Shown piece after piece: positions 29,301-36,859 of a stretch of DNA of 64,000 nt; the first letter of the stretch is position 1, and every line of letters begins with the position of its first letter. The position numbers were made by a program, and so were the translations under genes. The stretch is from a virus (Duplodnaviria; Caudoviricetes): the IMG/VR virus record IMGVR_UViG_3300025367_000001, positions 3,152-67,151 of that record; one strand, 5' to 3'. The notes beneath the pieces were generated by a model. It was not told where the DNA came from, did not search any database, and saw only the letters and a program-made list of their open reading frames with translations.

Positions 29301-31599
29301 TGGTAAAGCCATACCAGAAATTGGTAATGCGGAAGCAGCCAATGAGCAGTTTGGTTTGTATTTAGCAGCCGAACGTGCCTCATCTACACCAAATGGTTTA
29401 GAAAAATTAAACCTAGCAGGCAAGATTTCACAAAAGCAGCTAGACGATATTTTAAAGTTTGGCCGCACTAACCCCCACTTTCAAGAAGCTCGTAAGATGT
29501 ACCGCGAGTATAACAACGGGTTACTAGATTTTGCTGTTCAAACTGGGCGCTTATCTAAAGAAGCTGTTGATAAGCTAAAGCAAGGTGACTATGTTCCTTA
29601 CTATCGCGAACGTGCCGATGGTTCTGTATGGGATGAAGAAAATCACATCCGTATTGGTGATATTAAAACGCAGCAGTATCTGAAAGAGCTCCTTGGCGGA
29701 GACAAATCAATTGTTAACTTTGAAGTAAGTTCGCTTCAAAATACATACATGTTGACGGACATGGCTATGAGTAACATAGCTACAAAAAATACAGCCCACA
29801 CATTACGCACCTTAGGCGTTGCGGAAGTTCATGATGGCAATGGTCCTGCTTCTCCTAGTACAGTTCGTTTCTATGATAAAGGCGAAGAGAAACACGCCGT
29901 AATCCAAACTTCAGGCTTGTCTACCCAGCTTGAAGACCGCCTTGATAAAATGCGTGCAGAAGGTAAAGCCAATACTGAAGAGTACAAGAAGCTACGTGAA
30001 CGTGCAGAAGTTAGCCGCCAGTCTGAATCTTTGTTTGGCGATATTCCTGGCGATATGATTGCGCGCGGCATGGAGGGCGTATCTATGACTCTGCCTTCCG
30101 CCATTAGTTTTATGCAAGGCCCAGCCAATTTACTTCGTAAAGCCGTAACAAGATTTCCAGCTTACTCAGCCCGTGTGGCATTTAAAGAGTCTATTGATAG
30201 CTGGATTAAGACTGGCGCAGATGTACGCCCTATAGTAGATGTCCTTGGCAACATAAAGAAAAGTTGGGAAGGTTCTTCTCCTGAAGTTCGCCTGCTCCAA
30301 GAGCAGGGTATTATTGGCGGCCATGTATACGCCGGTACTATGGCTGATATGCGCACTATCTCGCAACAGATGGCCCGTGGTCAATCAGGTTGGGAAAAAC
30401 TTTGGGCTAAGGCGGACAGATTGGCAATTGTAGCTGATGAATCCGCTCGTTTGACGCTATACCAAGGCTTTATTAAAAAGGGTATGTCTCCAATGGAAGC
30501 ATCCTTAGCTACCTTAGAGTCCCAAAACTTTACCAAGCACGGCTATTCACCTAGTGTGCGGGCGTTAAGCGTCATGATTCCTTTCTTTAATGCGCAGATC
30601 CAAGGCCTTAATACTTTGGCACGCGCTGGTTTAGGTAAATCTTTGTTTGAAGATAAACTTAATGTAAAGAATACGCTACTTAAACGCGGTGCTATGGTCG
30701 CTGGTATGTCATTACTTTATACCTCGCTAATGCAGAATAACAAAGCGTACAAAAATGCTACGGATGAAGACAAGCTTAACTACTGGTTTATTCCAATTCC
30801 CGGCATGAAAGACCCAGTTCGTGTACCTATTCCATTTGAATCTGGCGTTATCTTTAAAGCGCTACCAGAAGCAGTGTTTAACTTGGCGGCTACTGATGCA
30901 AAAACAAAAGATGTTCTTCCCGCATTTGCTAAACAGTTAATTGGAAACGTACCTGGAGTGTCTACTGCATTCTTGCCACAAGGGGTTAAGCCTGTTATTG
31001 AAGCATTAACAAACACTGATTTGTATTCATTATCCCCGATTGAAAGTGCCCGTGATAAAGCGCAGCAAGCAGGATACCGTTCTCATGCTAATACGACTGA
31101 AGTATCGAAGCTTGTCGGTAGCTACCTCGGTGTTTCCCCCGTTCAACTAGACCATTTCATTCAAAGCTACACAAGCAGTACTGGTATAGCTCTGATGTCT
31201 ATGTTTAATCCTGTTTTGCGTAGCACAACTTCTCCTGAAATGACAGCGCATGACTTGCCGATAGTTGGCGGTTTTTTCCAACCTTCTGACGGTGCTGGTT
31301 TGATTAACAAAGCCTACAACTCTATGGTTAACATTGAACAGCTGCACAACACCTACACAGCGCTTGAGGCAGAAAACCCGGACAAAGCAGATAAATTCTA
31401 TCAGAAGTATTCCAAAGAAATTGACTCTACTTCCTCAGCTGGAGCATTCAAACAGCAAATGGGCGATCTTAATAAGCGTGAACGTGAAGTACGTGGCGAT
31501 AAAACGCTAACACCTTCACAAAAACGCAAAGAACTTGATCTAGTTAAGCAAGATAAAATTGATTTGGCAAAAGACTTTAGGTCTAGCGTAGGCGGGTAA
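23359..31599 (+). CDS. Giant (2746 aa) polyvalent virion protein: coiled coils, zincin-like HExxxH motif, LPD38-like C-terminus
   Basis: MAHEITGHLG; PFFNAQIQG, RVPIPFE.G, SPVQLDH motifs; last gene of the late arm. Confidence 0.65.
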   Translation: MAYVQLPNGSYLEVPKGMDPHEAYAKAQQHFPEAFISKAEREERQGFGSAVKQGWNQAKSATEAGLGSLLNNDTLKAWAEQDKAEGANESFIPTTDEDVKAGFKEGLLPGVGAAARKYVTEPVGGIVGRYAAPAAVGAGAGALAAVAAPEIAGASLIGGMTGRALAGAVATSAADLPAEIGENLEYQKEKGKPENLPKAVAAGLLQATFAGFGLPGMGAIPKYARGLLGKEAESLGEQVAKGALKKEDALAKLSGTTRNFLTETGTNAIAGTGMMVGTEAARRASADQDLLSPEALQSYKESALGAAELSPIFGALHGLPKRKGEVRAIEAGEAKFNETERKKKQIADDAEASRLAERQQQVDFEQSQRQTGDLLGMEVPVQEQPGVSGVSRDQRTLAEKEQADTDLSSHRQMLENSVPALKQTIATVEGHLNTAIEKGDIPTYKQLSERHAQLTGVLETTQKQLEALGPTEKTDAQQRKALEKQLKDATSEFQSLNMTNGMYDKERLDALTTKIETAQKKLADLGPAKETQGGFDFEAGPKEDQTASAAKQAEELTQKKYLGEETAPATEEDIAAQKQQEAAHAQATERHSMLEDLFNKANNSNDIQGAIQIRKLMEQSAAAVEAAKPKARTEAEPSREQALNRVDPVTEAREIRDMENKAKALDDQMKAAAGKKQALEKDGELTPAGQKLAAIQVERDQLLADAKRRQDALNAQNLSEGSSKQTTAAIANAFPKNEMHPEVMGKLATLKRHVGDNLTLRGALMGLKRKLDLARGKRNRSTANREEVSEVVNQMRNLAERIQHLDKDIDLPVGEHVPGKIRAYHELLNSVRRTQRKHLETYLDSLGALANRDYIGGDTKRAKVTKGVLENRVAQAEKSFSDSLVDEVAAHRHVAGSMPLNEQQVKEVKAKFMEAVGDIKRLATGEIASPEAAQAVIAEHIANVTHDAVSIKNPISRYTPELRKQFNNADERSTEIKYQEARIKEERSSEKPDLEVIAKAQEKIGKLVKELRTEEAQRMAEEDRKAKAPDVSNVGNLEQQDLFGKENQENTQAANVERIERAIKEQEDIVKEVNASKFPDLKRGFEAQNKAAELRKELEQAKEKQPVAKLEPIATVRATTANFMRFVETQGKKLKAAKEKVATELAALEKQAEANKAAAEKRAAAKMETTEESTAELRKQIEIQKSFVEDVANADKLVKGLVKQASGLWISKNSITKQIEKLKAKREKEEGTSRHYTEAKYELDKQIKAVNKELTERLAEIDDLHARANKIKEANIKTERAILSSMERKYKQTPQAALERQIEQAKTNIRVQEAALLKSIEDNAKQNRENEQRLLEGLGLPGTKVTGDVVGLRGELVTLQAKLKTAKGKNRDKVKAAIEEKESEIKEAVAPTQTVEEKTASDRLALEKQREKDVDYSTRRKARNEVIAEANLQGAKEQAKKQKAKIDGEIKVLEEKIKKVNTPEAAAERVVEAKASVAETRRKLAQERNLLKEKYERTDKKSVAARTNFLQEANAITEKMKAAKAKPLTAEQAVTKLQTEVALLKEKKDKIEAKVEVEPKQSERAKGPAVRVVHLPKMFERGTKKEITPEQRKANEKELKEAIEAEKDFAELRQSDLSAEDFGDLFSGLNSNNWEARTDKAHGGEGINHAEAKAIIGGVSKPKGLKLMVVKEATPTLRKIIEASGHNPDEVRGGILPDGTVFVITKNHADAIDLKKTMAHEITGHLGVEGVLGDEGVRALVNKIAKQEGGVFGLAEKLGVRDDAEKAHAAALNSGKTEAEAMTAAVKEMIAYTEEARPSKSFVEKANEWLKALVGAVRSGLRKMGLDLDISTSDIYKILRDARKDFDASRPIASRLENGEVSFASKPFYKAGFDTSLQGYAKDVIAQEKPFTDRIKGGVLGMILMHRFVDRFAGLEYIARAMSDKLQAVQMMYYNRLYDQRNNMVSEIATHGPIRLEKNELGEHQYKSAKKPGLKDIFATIGKAIPEIGNAEAANEQFGLYLAAERASSTPNGLEKLNLAGKISQKQLDDILKFGRTNPHFQEARKMYREYNNGLLDFAVQTGRLSKEAVDKLKQGDYVPYYRERADGSVWDEENHIRIGDIKTQQYLKELLGGDKSIVNFEVSSLQNTYMLTDMAMSNIATKNTAHTLRTLGVAEVHDGNGPASPSTVRFYDKGEEKHAVIQTSGLSTQLEDRLDKMRAEGKANTEEYKKLRERAEVSRQSESLFGDIPGDMIARGMEGVSMTLPSAISFMQGPANLLRKAVTRFPAYSARVAFKESIDSWIKTGADVRPIVDVLGNIKKSWEGSSPEVRLLQEQGIIGGHVYAGTMADMRTISQQMARGQSGWEKLWAKADRLAIVADESARLTLYQGFIKKGMSPMEASLATLESQNFTKHGYSPSVRALSVMIPFFNAQIQGLNTLARAGLGKSLFEDKLNVKNTLLKRGAMVAGMSLLYTSLMQNNKAYKNATDEDKLNYWFIPIPGMKDPVRVPIPFESGVIFKALPEAVFNLAATDAKTKDVLPAFAKQLIGNVPGVSTAFLPQGVKPVIEALTNTDLYSLSPIESARDKAQQAGYRSHANTTEVSKLVGSYLGVSPVQLDHFIQSYTSSTGIALMSMFNPVLRSTTSPEMTAHDLPIVGGFFQPSDGAGLINKAYNSMVNIEQLHNTYTALEAENPDKADKFYQKYSKEIDSTSSAGAFKQQMGDLNKREREVRGDKTLTPSQKRKELDLVKQDKIDLAKDFRSSVGG

Positions 31600-31774
31600 A
31601 CCAAACGCCTAGCTTGCCATTTTTGCGTCCTACTTCAGCTTTGGCAGGTACTTGGTGGTAAAGGGCGGCTTTTAAACCGTTTACCTTTACCACATCCAAG
31701 TTTAAAGTTGGTACGAAAAAGCCCCCTTGTGGGGGTACTTCTAACCACGGATAATGCACTTTAATCTTCCTCAC
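31583..31774 (-). CDS. Small hypothetical protein
   Basis: YPW...GGFFVP...GVWFTR; overlaps primase end. Confidence 0.55.
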   Translation of the reverse strand: MRKIKVHYPWLEVPPQGGFFVPTLNLDVVKVNGLKAALYHQVPAKAEVGRKNGKLGVWFTRLR

Positions 31775-34619
31775 TTATCACCAGCGGCCGTGTAATTCTC
31801 ATTACATTGACTCGCATCGATGGGCCGCGTGTCTTAGCCAGCATGTCTTTGCGCATGTACGCTATCTTGTAGTTAGGTAGCGTTTCAAGCTCCTTCTTCA
31901 AGTCAGAGTATCCATAACTCATAGTAGAGCAGTGTTGTTTAAGCAATTGCTCCTCAATGAAGTAGTCAACGTGCCCCGGGGTCATATCATGCTCAACCCT
32001 TCCAGCCACATCTGACCTAGTTAACGACTGGTCGATTTCATTGTTGCCCCCCAGCGTTGCCTTAGTAATACCGTCAATGGCTTTAACCACAACGAATTTA
32101 CCGTAGCACTCACGGGTGTAAGCATTAAGAACGTCTTCAGCGGAACGGCGGTTGCCTCGTACTGCAGCTCTAGCTTCATTAACCATGCCACGAAGGGTTT
32201 CTATAATTGGACGAATAGGGACATCAACAATGCCTGCGTATTTTTTGCTCATAAGAATCACTATAGCTACGATGGCGGCATTACCAGCAGTCCAATAACG
32301 CTCGTCATCTGATGAATTAAATTCCGCTTTTAACTTCTCGCGGGTCTCTTCAAAAACCTTAACTGCGGTTTCTCTGTTCCTGACAATCCAACGAATCAAT
32401 TCACGACCTACGACACCGTAATTAGACTTTAGGAGATCAACAGTACTACTCTCTGTTGACGACGCCCATTGAACTTCCTTGGCAGGCTTTACTTCCAGCA
32501 TACGGAGCATTTCAGCTTGGGATGTATGCTTGCGCCCACCCGATAAGAAGTCGTAAATATGAGTGTTGCTTGAAAACAACACCATCAAGTTCCATACAGT
32601 TGTGTTCAAACGTTCCTTATTGGCGCCTTGTTCCATGCGCTCTTTGCCCTTACCTTGGGTTAAATCCAGTAAGAACTGGGGCAACCACTCAAATGACTCC
32701 CGATTTTTGTTTGTAATCTCGTCCATTACAAGCGGGAGGCTGTTTAATAAGCCCTGTCTTTGCTGTGCAGCTACGGCTGAAGTTGATTGCGTGACCCTGT
32801 AGAGCTCTGGATGGCCCCAAAAACTAGCCGCAAGGGCTAAGGCAAGTGACTTACCACGACCTGAACCCGAAGATCCAAGATGATAAACAACGCCCCTAAA
32901 GCCCGAGAAGTGCATCAGAATAGACGCAGGCCCCACCATACCCATGGTAACAATCTCCCACAGCTCCTTGGCGATGTACATATTGAGAACTTTCTTCCAC
33001 TCATCAAGCGTGCCCATAGGTTTAGTAGCGTAGTTAACGTTAGCCATACCAGGGGTCGGGACATATAGTTCCTTGCCATCAGGGGAGAAGATGGTGCTGT
33101 CGTAAACAAACGAATTGTCCTCTTGCCAGCCGCAGCTATGAGGAACCTTGACCGCCACCTTATTAGAACTGGCGTATTCCACACAACCACGGATGTACTC
33201 GTATAGGTGGACATCATTGCCCTTGCCGTAGACTGCGATTATATTGTGGCTAGCTAGCATCTTCACAGTCTCATCCTTACTTACTGCCGATTTTTGAGGC
33301 ATTATGATATCTGAGGTGTGGGTAGGGCGGCAAACAATCATATGAATCAAATGCTCATCGCCATTATCTAGGATATCAACCACAAACAAATCGTAAGGCA
33401 GGATCATTACCTGCTTCTTGACCTTTTCTCCGCCTTCTTCTTCAATTACCTTGTCGATAAAGATGCCCCCATTAGCCCCATAGCTAAATCCGCGGGGTGG
33501 AATTGGGCGCACAATCATTAACTGCTCGGCAGGTTTGTCTGCTGTAGCCGCCTTGGTTTCTACTATGATTTCCTTAGGCTTATTGTCGACCTTAATCTCA
33601 CGCCCTAAAGCTAGTGGGTTAGTAATCTTACCGAAGTGTGGGCAACCTTTACATAAACCTGGGTTTGCCTCGTCAAGCTTCAAGCAACTGTAAGGACCTT
33701 TGATTTGGTGCCACTTGGTATTGTGCCGATCCATATCGTAGGGGTGCATGGCAGATAGGGCTTGACCTTCTTCCTCGCCATCTTCGCAGTACTTAGCTAT
33801 GCTGAGGATACCCCGCCACAAAGGTTCCATGCCGTCATCTTTAGCATGCTCAATGTAATGGTTTATCTGTTTGCATTTGGGTGCCAAAGTTTTAAAGAAC
33901 GTGATGCTGTTCTCGACTATCTTGACGTTTGATGCGGAACCTTTTAAGTCTGGACGCTTGCCTGGTAAATCAAATTTAGGCAGCATTTCATGGGAGTCTT
34001 CCCCGACTTTTTCCCTGATGACCGTAGACAGTTGGGTAAAGTCAAACGTTACACCGACCACCTTGATGGCAACAGACCGCGGCTTTTCTTGTTTATAGTT
34101 CTGTGTGTCAGGCACACGTAGTACCCGAGCGGCATCGCCAGTAACCATAGCGTCAATCCGAAGTCCTTCTTTCTTACAAAGGCGCTTAAGATTTTCTGCT
34201 ACTGGTTTCCATGTGGCTATATCTACTTCGTCAAAGAAAGGCCAGTATACGTGCAGTCCACCGCCACTAGATACGACATACGGGGTTCCAAGCTGGTCTA
34301 ACGAAGTTGAAGACAAAAATGTACCCAGTGCCGCTGCAGCCGCCTGCTTATTAGGATAATCCTTTCCTTCACCACAATCAATATCCAAGAATAAAGATTT
34401 TATTTTTAATGCGTTTGTGGCTAATCGCTTGCCACTTGTGTTGAATGATGCTAAGGCGTAGAAAGCGTTTAAACCTTCTCCACTAAAGTGTGTAGCGTTG
34501 CTATACAGTTCATCAATCGTGTCAACAAAGACATGTTCTTTTTTAGCTGTGCTAAGTTCGCAGGCGCAATATTTACCCGAAGACGGAAGCACAGTCGCTA
34601 GGAATTCCTGCGACTTCAT
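31761..34619 (-). CDS. AEP-type primase fused to DUF927-like helicase
   Basis: LFLDID, SSGGGLHVYW, RVLRVP; Walker A GSGRGKS, Walker B LVMDE. Confidence 0.85.
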   Translation of the reverse strand: MKSQEFLATVLPSSGKYCACELSTAKKEHVFVDTIDELYSNATHFSGEGLNAFYALASFNTSGKRLATNALKIKSLFLDIDCGEGKDYPNKQAAAAALGTFLSSTSLDQLGTPYVVSSGGGLHVYWPFFDEVDIATWKPVAENLKRLCKKEGLRIDAMVTGDAARVLRVPDTQNYKQEKPRSVAIKVVGVTFDFTQLSTVIREKVGEDSHEMLPKFDLPGKRPDLKGSASNVKIVENSITFFKTLAPKCKQINHYIEHAKDDGMEPLWRGILSIAKYCEDGEEEGQALSAMHPYDMDRHNTKWHQIKGPYSCLKLDEANPGLCKGCPHFGKITNPLALGREIKVDNKPKEIIVETKAATADKPAEQLMIVRPIPPRGFSYGANGGIFIDKVIEEEGGEKVKKQVMILPYDLFVVDILDNGDEHLIHMIVCRPTHTSDIIMPQKSAVSKDETVKMLASHNIIAVYGKGNDVHLYEYIRGCVEYASSNKVAVKVPHSCGWQEDNSFVYDSTIFSPDGKELYVPTPGMANVNYATKPMGTLDEWKKVLNMYIAKELWEIVTMGMVGPASILMHFSGFRGVVYHLGSSGSGRGKSLALALAASFWGHPELYRVTQSTSAVAAQQRQGLLNSLPLVMDEITNKNRESFEWLPQFLLDLTQGKGKERMEQGANKERLNTTVWNLMVLFSSNTHIYDFLSGGRKHTSQAEMLRMLEVKPAKEVQWASSTESSTVDLLKSNYGVVGRELIRWIVRNRETAVKVFEETREKLKAEFNSSDDERYWTAGNAAIVAIVILMSKKYAGIVDVPIRPIIETLRGMVNEARAAVRGNRRSAEDVLNAYTRECYGKFVVVKAIDGITKATLGGNNEIDQSLTRSDVAGRVEHDMTPGHVDYFIEEQLLKQHCSTMSYGYSDLKKELETLPNYKIAYMRKDMLAKTRGPSMRVNVMRITRPLVISEED

Positions 34620-34633
34620 AAATGCTCCTTGGG

Positions 34634-34789
34634 TTAACCGTTAATGCGTTGATTGAATCTTTTTAGTACTTCCTTCTGAAAACTTAACGGCATGCCAGTA
34701 TCAAGGTAGCGTTCTGCAAAGCTAATTAGTTCTTTGTCGGTTAAGGCAGTTGGCGATATTGCCGATTCTTTTATTTGTTCTGCTTGCAT
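34634..34789 (-). CDS. 51-aa hypothetical protein
   Basis: Own translation MQAEQIKESAISPTALTDKELISFAER...; fills the gap before primase. Confidence 0.5.
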   Translation of the reverse strand: MQAEQIKESAISPTALTDKELISFAERYLDTGMPLSFQKEVLKRFNQRING

Positions 34790-35037
34790 TTTTTCATTGC
34801 CTCTTCAACAGTACTGCTTGTTTGTAGTATGCGTAACAAGTTGGTTACGCTCGTTCTGTACGATGGAGTAACTTCGGTTCCAGCGAACCAGTTATAAACC
34901 GTCTGTCTTGTTGCGCCTGTGTATTGCGAAATCTGAATTACAGGTAAATTTAATTTAATAGCCCATCGACCTAGCTGATTGCCTAGAGTCTTCTCCGCCT
35001 TAGCGGTGGACTGCCTTATTGTTTCTGAGTAAGCCAT
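34771..35037 (-). CDS. Cro/XRE-like HTH protein
   Basis: ISQYTGATRQTVYNWF. Confidence 0.7.
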   Translation of the reverse strand: MAYSETIRQSTAKAEKTLGNQLGRWAIKLNLPVIQISQYTGATRQTVYNWFAGTEVTPSYRTSVTNLLRILQTSSTVEEAMKKCKQNK

Positions 35038-35059
35038 AGTCTTTTCTTAGTTGTAGGGT

Positions 35060-35124
35060 GGGGAGACAGTCTTTTTAGTCTGAAATCTCTAAGAGCCATA
35101 GAGCTGAATAGTGTCAGCCTCCCC
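35060..35124 (-). ncRNA. tRNA-like cloverleaf element lacking canonical tRNA loops
   Basis: Hand-folded four-way junction with a 7-bp closing stem GGGGAGG/UCUCCCC followed by ACC. Confidence 0.4.
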
Positions 35125-35131
35125 GTAAACT

Positions 35132-35281
35132 TTATCCTGAGCAGGTTGTAAAACAGTTGCCAGACCCATCACAGCAAATAGTACAGATTCGTCCTGTTTG
35201 CATATCAGTGTTTGTCATACATCCAGCATAAACAGCGGATGCCGCTAAGACCAGCCCAAGGGCTACGATAATTTTACTCAT
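35132..35281 (-). CDS. 49-aa secreted Cys-rich peptide
   Basis: Own translation MSKIIVALGLVLAASAVYA-GCMTNTDMQTGRICTICCDGSGNCFTTCSG. Confidence 0.65.
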   Translation of the reverse strand: MSKIIVALGLVLAASAVYAGCMTNTDMQTGRICTICCDGSGNCFTTCSG

Positions 35282-36161
35282 CGTCTGTATCCCACTCGTC
35301 AACAACAGAAGCTAGGTCGCCAGTTTTCTTCTTTGGTACCGCTGACGGTTTAACTGTAGGCTTACGCTTCTCAGGCTCATCAAACGACTCCGCTTCTTCC
35401 TTAGGTGCAGCTAATGCTGGAGCTGCTTTCTTTGTACCTGCACTTTGGGAGACAGACATTGTAACCGCCTGCTTAGCTTCCTTAGACTCGCTCTTTTCCT
35501 TGACGCTTTCATACTCGTCCTCAGACAACCAACGCATAGGCTGGAAGAACAACTTAGGTACTGCGGCTTTAGTATCGAAACGCAACCGAGTAACAACAGT
35601 CTCGGGGCTAATGCTCTGCGCGGCTAAGAATCTTGCATACGCTTGTAGTGGGCGCTTGTCGCCTTCTTCTTTACCGAAGATTGATGTAGCAGATAGGGTT
35701 AACTGCATAACATCGCCAGTTACATCGTTAGACAATACAACCGCAAGACGCTGACTGAAACGACACGCACGGGAATCACCTTGACCGGAGCCTTTGGCAT
35801 TTTGTGGGCATGACGCGCAGTTACTAGCTTGCGCTTCTTTAGCGGATGCATCGGGTTTTTCACCGTCAGCGGACCAGCAATCGGGGGCTTTAGATGCGCC
35901 TTCTTCATAGCTACCAGCGTAGTACGTACGGCTGATCTTTGGGGCGGCTTGAACAATCACCACATCAAGATGGCGGTCTTCGATAGCTGCTACCTCATCA
36001 CTACCTGACATTAAACGAAATACACCACCTTTAACGGAGATGCGCTTACCAAAATTACCACTGCCACCGCCTGATAGGCTTCTCGCTAATTCAGAAATCT
36101 CTACCGTCTTAGCAAATGCTGGTAGTTGGGCGGGGTTAAATGCTGTGAGTTCTTTACTCAT
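35274..36161 (-). CDS. Putative ssDNA-binding protein
   Basis: RISVKGGVF, Cys cluster, acidic tail VDEWDTDDE; replication context. Confidence 0.5.
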   Translation of the reverse strand: MSKELTAFNPAQLPAFAKTVEISELARSLSGGGSGNFGKRISVKGGVFRLMSGSDEVAAIEDRHLDVVIVQAAPKISRTYYAGSYEEGASKAPDCWSADGEKPDASAKEAQASNCASCPQNAKGSGQGDSRACRFSQRLAVVLSNDVTGDVMQLTLSATSIFGKEEGDKRPLQAYARFLAAQSISPETVVTRLRFDTKAAVPKLFFQPMRWLSEDEYESVKEKSESKEAKQAVTMSVSQSAGTKKAAPALAAPKEEAESFDEPEKRKPTVKPSAVPKKKTGDLASVVDEWDTDDE

Positions 36162-36381
36162 TTGTTACTGCTCCTGTACTAGTTGGCTTGGCAACTGCCG
36201 CACCTGTTTGTAAAAATAATAAGAATGCTTCGGCTACTTCGGTAACTTCATAGGCACTGCCTTCATACATACACTTAGCGGCTGTGTCTAGAGCCATTCT
36301 GCGTAGGTCAAGTTCAAGCATGACGTTACGTGTTGCATTTTCTACTGCTTGTTGTTCTGGTGTTAATTGAGTGTTGCTCAT
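36154..36381 (-). CDS. Hypothetical protein
   Basis: AAGGAG SD; overlaps next start. Confidence 0.55.
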   Translation of the reverse strand: MSNTQLTPEQQAVENATRNVMLELDLRRMALDTAAKCMYEGSAYEVTEVAEAFLLFLQTGAAVAKPTSTGAVTNE

Positions 36382-36391
36382 GTACTTCTCC

Positions 36392-36796
36392 TTATTTGGT
36401 TGGTTTACGAACTGATACTGATACTTCGGACATGGAGTTTAAACCCATTGGTACAACTCCAGGGTTCTCATCCAAAAACATCGCCATATTTTTCTGAGCA
36501 ATTCTTTTCTCAAAAAGGTCAAGCGCATCGTGCTCTATCGCGAACGTCTTAAATGAATCCCAGTCGTCTGTGTAGTAGCGCGTCTTTTGCGACAAGATAA
36601 TAGTGCCTTCATCTGTTCGTACAGATTGAAGACCAAGCGCCACCATCTGATCCTTCATGGCGTTCTTAATTTCTTCCTGCTGCAGTTTAAGTTCCTCAAG
36701 CTTGGACTCATACTCCGTCGTAAGCTCATTAGTCCTGCTATATATCTTGCGATATATCTTTGCTAGTTTGTCTAGCGGAATCACTTCGTCTGACAT
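36392..36796 (-). CDS. Coiled-coil hypothetical replication-region protein
   Basis: AAGGAGG SD; DWDSF...LFEKRI motif. Confidence 0.6.
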   Translation of the reverse strand: MSDEVIPLDKLAKIYRKIYSRTNELTTEYESKLEELKLQQEEIKNAMKDQMVALGLQSVRTDEGTIILSQKTRYYTDDWDSFKTFAIEHDALDLFEKRIAQKNMAMFLDENPGVVPMGLNSMSEVSVSVRKPTK

Positions 36797-36859
36797 ACTT
36801 CCTCCTTTGTCAATAATTATACATCAATACAGACAGCTGTACAACCCGATAATGGGTTT

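Noticed and set aside
23359-31599. N4-like virion RNA polymerase
   Set aside because: No recognisable polymerase catalytic motifs; composition is coiled coil plus peptidase-like and LPD38-like parts.
35060-35124. Functional tRNA-Ser(GCT)
   Set aside because: Lacks TTC loop, D-loop GG, U33, purine 37 and the long variable arm; kept only as a tRNA-like element.
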